Source of the DNA: Alphaproteobacteria bacterium
Lineage (GTDB): Bacteria > Pseudomonadota > Alphaproteobacteria > 16-39-46 > JABJFC01
Direction of reading: 5' to 3'
Assembly (NCBI GenBank): GCA_018662925.1
Contig: JABJFC010000086.1
Coordinates: 50 to 64,049 of the forward strand
Length of the DNA: 64,000 nt
The translations under genes were made by a program, and so were the position numbers. The first letter of the stretch is position 1, and the number at the start of each line of letters is the position of its first letter. The notes beneath the pieces were generated by a model, which worked only from the letters and a program-made list of their open reading frames with translations, did not search any database and had not been told where the DNA came from. This document shows, piece after piece, positions 1 to 9,720 of this stretch.

Positions 1-122
1 TTGGATATTATGCAAAGCAAAATCCAATGAATTTGAGAAAATGAAAAGAATTTTATGCGCTACTTCGCATAATTACTTTCTTCGCATAACAACTTGGCGG
101 CCTAATTAAAAAATCTGGACTC

Positions 123-299
123 ATGGATGCATTTGTCATTGAGGCAGGTGAAGATTTGCAAGCCTATGAGTCTTTGCACAAGGCTGCAAAGTTACTGGGC
201 TTCTTAAGTGATTCCATGGAAACAAAAACCTTCAATGAATCCTCCCTGGCATATTGGCAAAGAGTCGGTGAACGACATCTAAAATCCAAAGCTTTCTGA
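123..299 (+). CDS. small hypothetical protein (58 aa), not in the ORF track (below 60 aa)
   Basis: ATG at 123 in an open frame ending TGA at 297-299; in-frame TAA upstream caps its length; hydrophilic, no recognisable motif. Confidence 0.2.
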   Translation: MDAFVIEAGEDLQAYESLHKAAKLLGFLSDSMETKTFNESSLAYWQRVGERHLKSKAF

Positions 300-444
300 A
301 ATATGTTGAAAGGGTAGTATCGTTAATAAGCTCTGTATTCAGTTAATGAGTTTTAAAATATAACATAAGTATAATATTCAGTATTTTCACCTGCCGTATT
401 TACGTGACGATTAAATCAAATCCTGCTACAATTGCTGACGAAGG

Positions 445-1386
445 GTGTGGAGGGATTTAATGAGTTATTTCTCGATAAACGGGCTAATAGGTTTTTTTGA
501 TCTTAGAAATATAATCATTGAAAACTCATTAGATCGTCGTGCTTGTATTTTGGAGAAAGAGCTTCCTTATGGCATAAAGTTTTCATTCTTCAATAATTGT
601 TATTATTTTTTTGACTTTTCAGAAGCAGACTTTGCCAAGCCTTTTCTTGATCTAAAAAATCTTGATGAATTCAAAAATGCTAAGAACTCCGTCACATTGC
701 ATCTGCAAAAAGAAATGATTAATGCATTTAATGCATACTTGTATATAAACTACAGAGAACTCAATAAAAGCATCCATTACTCTAGTTCTGTTACGCGTTC
801 ACAACTCCCGAATGATATTGATCAATTTTTTATACCTAATTCAATTTCAAAAGTAACATTACCGTTATCTTATTATTTAGATAGCTGTGCTATTTTCTCA
901 AGCGAGGCATATAAAATTGCCTCTAAAGCGGTCTACAGTCAAAATCCACATAATAACCGAAAATTCAGCAAAAAATTAATTAGTAAAAGTGTGGGAATGC
1001 TTTCTTCGATTTCAGAACATAATCAGATAGATCCATACAACCAAGCTTTCTTTTATATATTAGCACAACTATGGAAAGCAGTTTATTTTAAAAATCATGA
1101 CCTAAGAATAGAAGCAACAATATTTGCTCGTTGTATTTTTGAATTATTAGTTCAAAGAAAATTTGGCCTTAAGAATAAAGGGTTAACTAAGGCACGTTTT
1201 AATAAATATTGCGAATCTAAAGAAGTAAGTTCATTTTTTAAAGATTTTTATGAAACATTAAGAAATCCTTCTGCACACGAACTTAGAATTCCTGAAAAAC
1301 CTGATGAAATTAATCAGTACCTTAAGTATTTGATCGAATTTTTCAAACGTGATTCAGGCATAGATATTAAGAATATCTTGAGGTGA
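445..1386 (+). CDS. hypothetical protein with C-terminal HEPN-type R-x4-H motif (LRNPSAHE); possible Abi_2 (AbiD/AbiF-like) abortive-infection protein
   Basis: 313-aa ORF, markedly AT-rich, next to IS elements; motif RNPSAH near the C-terminus matches the Rx4-6H HEPN signature typical of the Abi_2 family; no other conserved catalytic motif. Confidence 0.35.
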   Translation: MWRDLMSYFSINGLIGFFDLRNIIIENSLDRRACILEKELPYGIKFSFFNNCYYFFDFSEADFAKPFLDLKNLDEFKNAKNSVTLHLQKEMINAFNAYLYINYRELNKSIHYSSSVTRSQLPNDIDQFFIPNSISKVTLPLSYYLDSCAIFSSEAYKIASKAVYSQNPHNNRKFSKKLISKSVGMLSSISEHNQIDPYNQAFFYILAQLWKAVYFKNHDLRIEATIFARCIFELLVQRKFGLKNKGLTKARFNKYCESKEVSSFFKDFYETLRNPSAHELRIPEKPDEINQYLKYLIEFFKRDSGIDIKNILR

Positions 1387-2379
1387 TAAATGGGTATATT
1401 TCAATGGAAAGAAATAATCTCTTATGCACATTTGACGTCTTTATGATTATGATGATTGTTATTACTCCGGAAGTAAAACAGTTGTCGAATGTTTGTGACG
1501 AAACTAGCATCTCTCAAGGAAATTCTAATTTAGAAAGCTAACTGTTTGCTAGCCGGAGTAATATCCTATTTTTTGGTGGCACTTTTTCTCTAATTTTTTG
1601 GTTCTTTAAAAAAACTAGAACGATTGGTCTAATCGAATATAGTACTGTATTATTTTCTATTTTTTCTGGCTCAATTTTAGGTTATTTATCCACTAATAAC
1701 AGAGCTCCATTAAATACTGTAATTTTAATAACTTTCATTTTTACTTCCATACCTTTTTTTACTCATAAGTTAGTACATAATTCCAATAAAAAAACTCTTA
1801 TGTTAATAAACACGAGTATGGCGTTATTATTTTTCCTATTTTATAGCATTGTAGGTGCAGAGATTAGACAGTCTGAAAAAGAGTTATGCAGCACGATAAA
1901 TGATTCATCCAAAGGAACTAATATTGGTAAAGATAAATCTCCTAGTAAACCCTCCCCGATGAATATTAAATTTCCACATCTACCCCAGGATTCATATTTT
2001 TTGGAAGAGTAAAGAGTAAAATATATATTAAACTCATTAACTGGACAGTGTCCATTGGATATTTTTACGTGTTGCTGATTACCTCTGCCTCAATATAAAA
2101 GAGCAACCTCACTCGTTATTTTTGGCAGTTGGTTGAAATGTAAGAAGAAACAGTTCAAAATTTAAGACTCAGTTCATGCAAAGAAGTAATTTCAAAATAA
2201 TTCACCTAGGACTTTCTCACTCAAAAGTTATCATAACCCTTTTCGATTAACCCCCCAAGCACACTACTCTTCATCTTTTGAAAAAATATCGGGCAGTGTG
2301 ATTAGGATGTATATAATGGTGAATTTGGCACCGTCAAGTTAATTGGTTAGGCTTATAAAAATCCCATATCCTCTATATT

Positions 2380-2624
2380 TTAGGCACAGATAATTCCATA
2401 ATCTGCCTCATCCCAGATGGATTTGGCAACTGTGAAATTTGCTCTCTGAGATGGTGCTTTCTTTGAATATTTGCCTACCTCTGCTGAGAAAATGTTTCTT
2501 ACTTTTCCCATGAGAGATAAGGTTCTTTGTACTCCTTGTGGGGATTTGAATTTAATAAGACATTTCTCTTTTTTACGGGTAGGCTAATGGGCGTTTTCAA
2601 CACGATTATTTAACCCCTTATGAG
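2380..2624 (-). pseudogene. IS6-family transposase C-terminal fragment (internal stop, separated from N-terminal part by IS21)
   Basis: Translated minus strand matches the IS26 Tnp C-terminus pattern NN.IE..H.K.K....GFKS....TL.G.E.R; in-frame TAG. Confidence 0.5.
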
Positions 2625-2724
2625 TGTCAATGGTCCTGTAAAATCCCCAGGTAAAGTCCCTCAAAAATCCCCCCCCTAAAAGAGGAGGTAGGAGAGGATA
2701 CTGAGTTCCATGATGTAAAATATT

Positions 2725-4164
2725 ATGGAACAGACAATGATAGGATTAGCGATGCATACAACAATATTAACTTTATGGAAGCAAGGGAACAGTAAGAATG
2801 AGATTGCCCGAGTCACAGGCAAAGATCGTAAAACAGTTCGACGGATAATAAAGAAGTACGAAGGCACGAAAGAAGAAATACCAGCCATAGTGCAAAAAGC
2901 CAGTGCACTACAGGCATACCATACAGAGATCATTTCTTTTCTAGAGTCAGGATTGAGCGCTGTAAGAGTCCATGAGAAGCTGCAAGATCTGGGATGTCCC
3001 ATTGGGTATTCGGGGGTAAAAAAATATGTTGCCAAGATAAAGCTTCATTCGAACATTTGTGTCAGATTTCACAGTGAACCAGGAGAAGAAGCCCAGGTAG
3101 ATTTTGGATACGTAGGACTCATACCAGACCCCAAGAGGGGTGCTGGAAGGAAGAAAGCCTGGGTTTTTAATATGCGTTTGAGTTATTCCCGACTTGATTA
3201 TTATGAAGTTGTTTTAGATCAAAAGGTAGAGACATTCATTCGGTGTCACGAAAATGCTTTTCGGTCATTTGGAGGTATTCCCAAAGTGGTCAAAATAGAT
3301 AATCTTAAGGCAGCGATACTGGAGGCCCATTTTTATGAGCCCCTCTACCAAAGGCTCTACAAGCAGTTTGCAGATCATTGTGGTTTTTATCCCTTGCCCT
3401 GTCGAGTGAGACAACCGCAAGAAAAAGGAAAGGTTGAATCAGGGATAAAATACATAAAGAACAATTTTTTTGCTGGACGCTCGTTTAAGAGCTTTGAGGA
3501 TCTCTGTACTCAACTAAGGCAGTGGATGGATGACTATTGTCAGGAAAGGGTTCATGGAACGACAAAAGAAAAGCCTCGTGTGTTATTTGAGACAAAAGAA
3601 CAAGAGGTGTTGAAGAGGATTCCCCTCAATCCTTTTTACATGGGTACCAGGGGGCAAAGAAAAGTCCAGAAAGACTGTCATGTCGTTGTGGATCATAATT
3701 TTTACTCTGTGCCCTTTGAGCATGTGGGGAAGGTCGTTGAAGTACAGGAAGACTCGAGAGAAGTGAAGATTTTTTATGAAGACAAACAAGTGGCCCTCCA
3801 TATCCGACAAAATGGCAAGGGCAGGTTCTCGACCCAAACATCCCATTACCCTAGGTATAAATATTACACTCCTGACTCCCCCGAGTATCTTTCCCTTTAT
3901 CAGAACAAAATGACCTCCCTTGGAAAAGAGACAGAAGATCTGTTCTCTCTCATTGTTCAAGAACATCCCCGGGATTGGTACAGGATTGTAAAAGGCATTT
4001 TAGGTCTCCGAAAGCACTACAGCGATGAGGTCATCAATTTAGCCAGCAAAAGAGCTATGGCCTTTGGGATCACCCAGTACAAAAAGATAAAAAGGATCTG
4101 TGAGAGTGGATGTTATAGATTGCCCTTGTCTTCAAAAGGCCAGGAGGTCACATGGAAAGCATAA
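2725..4164 (+). CDS. istA: IS21-family transposase IstA
   Basis: 479 aa; N-terminal HTH then a DDE integrase core (architecture typical of IstA); overlaps istB by 13 nt as in IS21. Confidence 0.85.
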   Translation: MEQTMIGLAMHTTILTLWKQGNSKNEIARVTGKDRKTVRRIIKKYEGTKEEIPAIVQKASALQAYHTEIISFLESGLSAVRVHEKLQDLGCPIGYSGVKKYVAKIKLHSNICVRFHSEPGEEAQVDFGYVGLIPDPKRGAGRKKAWVFNMRLSYSRLDYYEVVLDQKVETFIRCHENAFRSFGGIPKVVKIDNLKAAILEAHFYEPLYQRLYKQFADHCGFYPLPCRVRQPQEKGKVESGIKYIKNNFFAGRSFKSFEDLCTQLRQWMDDYCQERVHGTTKEKPRVLFETKEQEVLKRIPLNPFYMGTRGQRKVQKDCHVVVDHNFYSVPFEHVGKVVEVQEDSREVKIFYEDKQVALHIRQNGKGRFSTQTSHYPRYKYYTPDSPEYLSLYQNKMTSLGKETEDLFSLIVQEHPRDWYRIVKGILGLRKHYSDEVINLASKRAMAFGITQYKKIKRICESGCYRLPLSSKGQEVTWKA

Positions 4165-4898
4165 AGCAAACCCTGAGAGAGTTTAAGCTGGCAGGAATGC
4201 TTATGTCTCTGGAGGAAAGGATTGTGTATGCTAATGAGAAGCAGCTTTCCTATCAACAGTTCTTGGGGCTTTTATGTGAAGATGAAGCTAACAACCGACG
4301 GGACAACAGCTATAAAAAGAGATACGTAAAAGCAAAACTTCCCAATCATAAAACAGTAGAAGACTTTGATTTTGCGTTCCAACCTTCTCTGCCTAAAAAG
4401 CAAATTAATGACGCTTTAACGTGCCAGTTTATAAAAGAGAAACGGAATTTAATTTTTGTTGGAAATCCTGGCACAGGAAAAACGCATTTATCAACAGCTA
4501 TTGCCTTAAGGGCCCTATCTAAAGAATTTAAGGTTCTGTTTACGACCGTTTCTGAAATGCTGTATCAATTGCATGTGGCAAAGGCCGACAACTCTTATTA
4601 CAAAAAGTTGGGAGAATACCTATCCCCTGATTTATTGGTTCTTGATGAGTTAGGGTTTAAGAAATTCCCTCAGTACTCTGTAGATGATTTTTTTGAGGTA
4701 ATATCCAAACGTTATGAAAAGGGCTCTTTAATTATTACAACTAATAAGCCTTTTGAGCAGTGGAGCAACATCTTTGGAGATAACACTTTAGCTGAGGCCA
4801 TCCTTGATAGGGTCGTCCATCATTCCATGGTTTTTACTATTAAAGGTCCTAGTTATCGGAGTAAATCTGTTAGAAAAAAGGAGGCGGAAATGACGTAA
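4152..4898 (+). CDS. istB: IS21-family helper ATPase IstB
   Basis: 248 aa; Walker A GNPGTGKTHL, Walker B LLVLDELG; IstB/DnaC-like. Confidence 0.85.
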   Translation: MESIKQTLREFKLAGMLMSLEERIVYANEKQLSYQQFLGLLCEDEANNRRDNSYKKRYVKAKLPNHKTVEDFDFAFQPSLPKKQINDALTCQFIKEKRNLIFVGNPGTGKTHLSTAIALRALSKEFKVLFTTVSEMLYQLHVAKADNSYYKKLGEYLSPDLLVLDELGFKKFPQYSVDDFFEVISKRYEKGSLIITTNKPFEQWSNIFGDNTLAEAILDRVVHHSMVFTIKGPSYRSKSVRKKEAEMT

Positions 4899-4973
4899 AA
4901 ATAATTCCCTAGGGGGGGGATTTTTGAGGGACTTTACCTGGGGATTTTACAGGGCCATTGACATGAGAACGAT

Positions 4974-5251
4974 GATCCGTATTCCGAGTCATATAACGTA
5001 TGGGCTTGGTATAATTTTTTAGCTTCACGTGGCTCTGGATAAGCTCCTAATAAACGGCTTAGAAAACGAATTTCGGCTTTCTTATTTCGGCGTTTTTGGA
5101 GAAATATATCCAGTTCATGCCCCTCAGAATCGACCGTTCTCCACAGAATGAAGTGAACATCATTGAGTTTGATGGTCACTTCATCAAGATGCCATCTGTT
5201 CTTGAATATCACGGTAGCTGTGATTGAATCGGTGGTAAAGCCATACGGCAT
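4974..5251 (-). pseudogene. IS6-family transposase N/central fragment (DDE region), truncated by IS21
   Basis: ORF 4934..5251; the residues matching IS26 Tnp (WHLDE...DSEGHELDIFLQKRRNKKAEIRFL) lie outside the IS21 inverted repeat; the last about 13 codons read into the IS21 repeat. Confidence 0.55.
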
Positions 5252-5464
5252 GACTGATAATGGAAATTGGAAAACGATGACATCGAGATGCTATTAATAA
5301 GGACATGGTGATTACCTTCATATTAAAATTCGAACATAACACAAATCCATATTAACTTGACGATGCCTATCCCCTCAAATTACTCTTCTAAGTCTTAAAA
5401 AACTTCTCTTCCATTCTGCCTTTGATTTATTCAGACCTCTCTATGAAATAAATGCCATTTACGA

Positions 5465-6421
5465 TTAAACTGCACGAACCATTTCAACTTTTTCTGGAAG
5501 ATCATATTTTGAATGATCCAGTTTTGCTACATTGATATTGTGATCTTTAAATTGGGAGATTATATTTGAAAACAGTTGAGTTTTTATCATATCTCTACCC
5601 TCTGTAATATTAGAAAGCCAAAATGTTAGGCTAAGAGCAACAGCATCATAGTGTACATTTTTGATATATGCTGAAGGAGAAGGTGTTTCTAACACAAGTT
5701 GATGCTCAAGAGCGCTGTTTTTCATTAATAAAAGAGCGTCTTCTGTATTAGATTCATAATCTATTTTAATCTCAATATTTAATGCTGCTTTTGTATCAGA
5801 GTAGGTCCAGTTGATAACACGGTTGGCTAAAAGCTCATCATTTGGAATAATGACCTCAATACCAGTCTCTGTTCGTAGCAAGGTATACCTTGCACCTGTA
5901 TATCGCACATATCCCATGGTACCATCTGAAAGCTCTATTAAATCATTACCTTCAATTGATTTTTCAGAAAGCAAAATTAGGCCGCTAATGAAATTCGAAG
6001 CTACTTTTTGAAGACCGAAACCAATTCCAATTCCAATGGCACCGCTAAAAATAGTGAACGTAGCAAGGTCCAAACTTAATATGTCTAAAGATACAATAAA
6101 AACTATGGTGTAAGTTAAGATTTGCACACCCTTTATAATGAGGGTCTTTTTTGAGTTGTTTATATAGTTCGTTGAATTTATTTTTGTTTCTACTTTTTCT
6201 AAAAATATGGACGCCAAAGATAAAAGCGTTATAAACGTTATTATGCCCTTTAATAAGAACCATATAGATATTTTCACACCAGCAACATTAAAAGTTAAAT
6301 TCTGAAGGTTATTAAAAAGATCTGAGTACTGAGAGCCAAAAAGTAAAAAAATTAAGGCTGCGGAAACAAGTGCAACTAAAAATAATTTTGAAACATAAGA
6401 GATTTGTTTTCTATTGAGCAT
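5465..6421 (-). CDS. mechanosensitive ion channel, MscS family
   Basis: 318 aa; N-terminal TM helices; pore-helix-like segment AIGIGIGFGLQKVASNFISGLILL then a beta-domain; MscS architecture. Confidence 0.7.
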   Translation of the reverse strand: MLNRKQISYVSKLFLVALVSAALIFLLFGSQYSDLFNNLQNLTFNVAGVKISIWFLLKGIITFITLLSLASIFLEKVETKINSTNYINNSKKTLIIKGVQILTYTIVFIVSLDILSLDLATFTIFSGAIGIGIGFGLQKVASNFISGLILLSEKSIEGNDLIELSDGTMGYVRYTGARYTLLRTETGIEVIIPNDELLANRVINWTYSDTKAALNIEIKIDYESNTEDALLLMKNSALEHQLVLETPSPSAYIKNVHYDAVALSLTFWLSNITEGRDMIKTQLFSNIISQFKDHNINVAKLDHSKYDLPEKVEMVRAV

Positions 6422-7254
6422 TAAAAAGGCTTTTCATTTATTAATCTTAATGATTTACCTTTACTCTACCTAAAGTGGTTTTGAAAGTTAAAAACTAGTT
6501 TTTTCATCTAAATATCTTGAAAAATAGGAGCGAGCAATTTACACTTAATGAATTAAGAAACAAAATTCTGTTTCAGAGACTGAACGCGAACTTTTAGAAA
6601 ACTTAGAAACGCATCGTATCTTCTCAGAAAACATTCAAGAATAGCTGATCGCTTCAGTCTCTTTGATGGTAGTTGGAAATTTATTATTCTTCTTTTTGCA
6701 TTTCTTCGTGGTTTGATGTTTTTAAATTTTTAGTATCTTACTCCAAGATTAAACCTCTTACTCTTATATTCTTTTGAAGCCTGCTTTATCTTGAGTGTCT
6801 CACCTTACAGGCCCAAATTATTATGGGTCAAAATCGATTCTCTGATCGAAGTTGAATTCGAGCAGAAAATTATTATTAAATAAACCTAAAATCCGAATCA
6901 CAGACCCGCCAGCTTAATAAATTTATAGCCTAGGAATTAGCACAACTTATAAAAATTCGAAATTAAATAAATACTATAAGAGATAATTACAATGTGCCAT
7001 ATCACAAGAGCGATCGAGCAGCTTTCTCTTTCATTATGCAACCAAGCATTTTGACGAAGCACTTTCTGAAAGCAATCTAGAAGAAAAACCTGGTTCAAGT
7101 GAACATAGAATTATACCTCTGAGGCTCTTGCGGATTATACCAATGAGTGAAAAAATGCACCTACCTGACACCATATTCACATTGATTCCAACCATCAAAT
7201 GTATATCAAATCTTTTGGTGAAGAGGGGAGCGTCATTAGAAAGAGTTTTTAAAG

Positions 7255-8508
7255 CTATTCATCCGACCGTGGATCAAGTTCTGACGCAATAGGTGTTGTG
7301 CCTGGAAGAACAACAAAATCTTGATGATCTTCTACAGCCGATGGTATACGGGTACTGACTCGGTATATTAAATAAGCTGCTAATCCTACCGAGATAAAGA
7401 TAAAATATATAAACAACCCTCCGCTTCCAAAAAAACTCATAAATACAGAAGCAAATATAGGGCCAAAAATTGCCCCTATCCCATAAGCCAACATGAGCCC
7501 TTGCGTGGCAGAAACAATGTCAGCATGTTCAAGAACATCACATGTATGGCTTATGCTGACAGGGTATAAAGCAAAAGAGGCGCCGCCAAAAATGAAGATC
7601 AGGATATTGATACTTTGTACAGATTGATTTGATATCGTTATAATGAAAAGCTCAATTGCTAATAATAAAAAGCAAAGAAAAATTAACATTTTTCTTCTAT
7701 CAACCAAATCAGACAAACGCCCAATTGGATACTGTAAAGCGGTGCCACCAGCAATAAGTAAAAACATAATTAAGGCTGTTACAGAGACATCATTAAGCAT
7801 TGTTTGAGTATATAAAGGAAGCAACCCTAACACTGATCCTAATAAAAGCCCCGAACATGTACATGATACAATGCCGGTGGGCGATAATTTATAGAGTTGA
7901 ATTAAAGTCAAAGCTGACGGTTCTTCAATGGTTGGGTTCCCAACTTTGGTAATTGCAAGGGGTATAACTGAAAGAATTACAAAAATTGTGGCAATCGAAA
8001 AAGGAGTTAAACTATCTATATTAAAAACATTTAACAAAAATTGCCCAGAAGCAGAGGCACCGTAAAGCGCAATCATATATAAAGCTAGAAATTGACCGCG
8101 CGTCTTTACTGTACTATGCCCCAACAGCCAGCTTTCTACTACAATATATAGACCAGCTAGGCAATACCCACTAATGGCACGTAATAATATCCAATACCAT
8201 AAAGAATAAAACAGCCCCTGAGAAAGCATAACAACAGCTGTAAGAGAAGCAAAAGCAGCATAAGCACGAATATGACCAACCCTTAAAATAAAATTTGCAT
8301 TTTTAAAGGCACCAAGTGCCATACCCGTATAGTATGCGGATGTGATGAGGCCAATATTCAAAGAAGAAACGCTTTCCATTTCTAAGCGAATAGGAATAAA
8401 CGTACCAAAAAGACCAACGCCATTCATTAAAAAAAACATACTTAAAAGAGGCGGAATAACGGAACAAAATATTTTAGGTGTCATGATTAACGTTCCACTT
8501 TTATACAA
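7255..8508 (-). CDS. MFS transporter
   Basis: 417 aa, about 12 predicted TM helices, MFS-like loop 2-3 motif. Confidence 0.6.
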   Translation of the reverse strand: MYKSGTLIMTPKIFCSVIPPLLSMFFLMNGVGLFGTFIPIRLEMESVSSLNIGLITSAYYTGMALGAFKNANFILRVGHIRAYAAFASLTAVVMLSQGLFYSLWYWILLRAISGYCLAGLYIVVESWLLGHSTVKTRGQFLALYMIALYGASASGQFLLNVFNIDSLTPFSIATIFVILSVIPLAITKVGNPTIEEPSALTLIQLYKLSPTGIVSCTCSGLLLGSVLGLLPLYTQTMLNDVSVTALIMFLLIAGGTALQYPIGRLSDLVDRRKMLIFLCFLLLAIELFIITISNQSVQSINILIFIFGGASFALYPVSISHTCDVLEHADIVSATQGLMLAYGIGAIFGPIFASVFMSFFGSGGLFIYFIFISVGLAAYLIYRVSTRIPSAVEDHQDFVVLPGTTPIASELDPRSDE

Positions 8509-8661
8509 TGTTGATATCCTCTTCTAATCCTTTCATCATAAGGAAGGAGCAGATAAGTTTCGTACCTTTATCATGGATCTAAAATAGTTAATACTTATTA
8601 AATTCTGAGGCCAGCTAATACACTTAAATTGTAAAATATCAGACACTTAATTTTTCAATGC

Positions 8662-9696
8662 ATGCTCCTATCATTTTTAGATGTGATCATTTGGAATATT
8701 CAACAGTTTGATGATGCCAATACTAATTTTCTTTCAAAGCCTACCTATGGTAAAAATATTCAGTTCTTAAAAAAATCTACACTCTTTCCTTTTACATCTA
8801 TAATTTTTAAGGCTACACTGTTCAAATGTGAGAAAGAATATAGCAGGGGGATCTTGATGCCAAATAATAAATTTCTAGAATTGCAAAACGTAATAATAAA
8901 AACTTACGGCGATTTTTATGATCAAGTTCTAGAATATATCCCACAAATTTTTCTTGCAATTTTCTTATTTTTGTTTGGTTTGATGTTCGCACATTTGTTG
9001 CGAATAATTACTAGAAAATTTTTAAAGGGTTTTGACTCTCTTATAAAGAGGTTAGCACTTTTTTTTGGCTTAAAGTCACTAAACTCCAAGCATTCATATG
9101 AAATCCTTATTAGTAAATTTGTATTCTGGTTGGTATTAATCTTCTTTATTGCTTCAAGTGCTAATGTGCTTGGCTGGAAAATTATTACAAAACTTGTTGA
9201 TAGTTTTATGATGGTGTTACCAAATTTAGTTACTTTTTTTCTAATTGTTATGGTTGGCTTTTTACTAAGTATGGGAGTAAGAACAACAGCTCAAAAACTA
9301 TTATATTCTGCTGGCTTTGCAAAAAGTGAAATTATTGCTCAATTAATCCAAGCGCTTGTCTTATTCACCGCAATAATAATAGGAGTCGAACAAATAGGGC
9401 TCCATGTTCAGTTTCTAACGATGATAATAATTGCAATAATTTCTATAGTTTTTGCGGGTGTAAGTCTTGCTTTTGGACTTGGGGCGAAAACCTTTGTCTC
9501 TAATATTATTTCCGCACAATATATAAATAAGCACTGTGATATAGATGATTTTGTGCAAGTTGGAGAAGTGGAAGGAAAGCTCATAGAAATTACTCAAACT
9601 TTCTTAATCTTAGAAACACAAAAAGGTAGAACAATGGTTCCAGCAAAATATTTTCATGAAAATGTCAGTACTTTTTATAGAAAAGATACAATTTAA
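8662..9696 (+). CDS. MscS-family mechanosensitive channel-like protein
   Basis: 344 aa; multiple TM helices; segment AGVSLAFGLGAKTFVSNIISAQYI resembles MscS TM3; C-terminal beta domain. Confidence 0.5.
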   Translation: MLLSFLDVIIWNIQQFDDANTNFLSKPTYGKNIQFLKKSTLFPFTSIIFKATLFKCEKEYSRGILMPNNKFLELQNVIIKTYGDFYDQVLEYIPQIFLAIFLFLFGLMFAHLLRIITRKFLKGFDSLIKRLALFFGLKSLNSKHSYEILISKFVFWLVLIFFIASSANVLGWKIITKLVDSFMMVLPNLVTFFLIVMVGFLLSMGVRTTAQKLLYSAGFAKSEIIAQLIQALVLFTAIIIGVEQIGLHVQFLTMIIIAIISIVFAGVSLAFGLGAKTFVSNIISAQYINKHCDIDDFVQVGEVEGKLIEITQTFLILETQKGRTMVPAKYFHENVSTFYRKDTI

Positions 9697-9720
9697 AATG
9701 TTTTCTAAAGTGCTTTAAAT

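Larger units (their letters stand above)
2625..4973 (+). mobile_element. IS21-family insertion sequence (istA-istB) with about 50-bp terminal inverted repeats and a 4-bp TGAG target-site duplication
   Basis: Left end tgtcaatggtcctgtaaaatccccaggtaaagtccctcaaaaatccccccc (2625-2675) is the near-perfect reverse complement of 4923-4973; flanks are ...atgag|IS|tgagaac; ends begin TGT as in the IS21 family. Confidence 0.85.
2380..5330 (-). mobile_element. IS6-family element remnant, transposase gene disrupted by IS21 insertion (outer boundaries uncertain)
   Basis: Minus-strand translation left and right of the IS21 gives IS6/IS26-type transposase segments (WHLDEVTIKLN...DIFLQKRRNKKAEIRFL on the right; NNRVENAH(stop)PTRKKEKCLIKFKS...TLSLMGKVRN on the left); ggcacag at 2383 resembles an IS6 terminal repeat. 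Confidence 0.5.

Noticed and set aside
2676-3966. Minus-strand ORFs (2676-3035, 3583-3966, 3626-3841) inside istA
   Set aside because: Antisense to a well-supported IS21 istA reading frame. Typical shadow ORFs.
6560-6680. Imperfect inverted repeat cagagactgaacgcga...gatcgcttcagtctctg in the MscS-MFS spacer
   Set aside because: Single short hairpin-like pair in an AT-rich intergenic region. It could be a terminator or attenuator but lacks a clear U-tract or a recognisable RNA family. Too weak to call.
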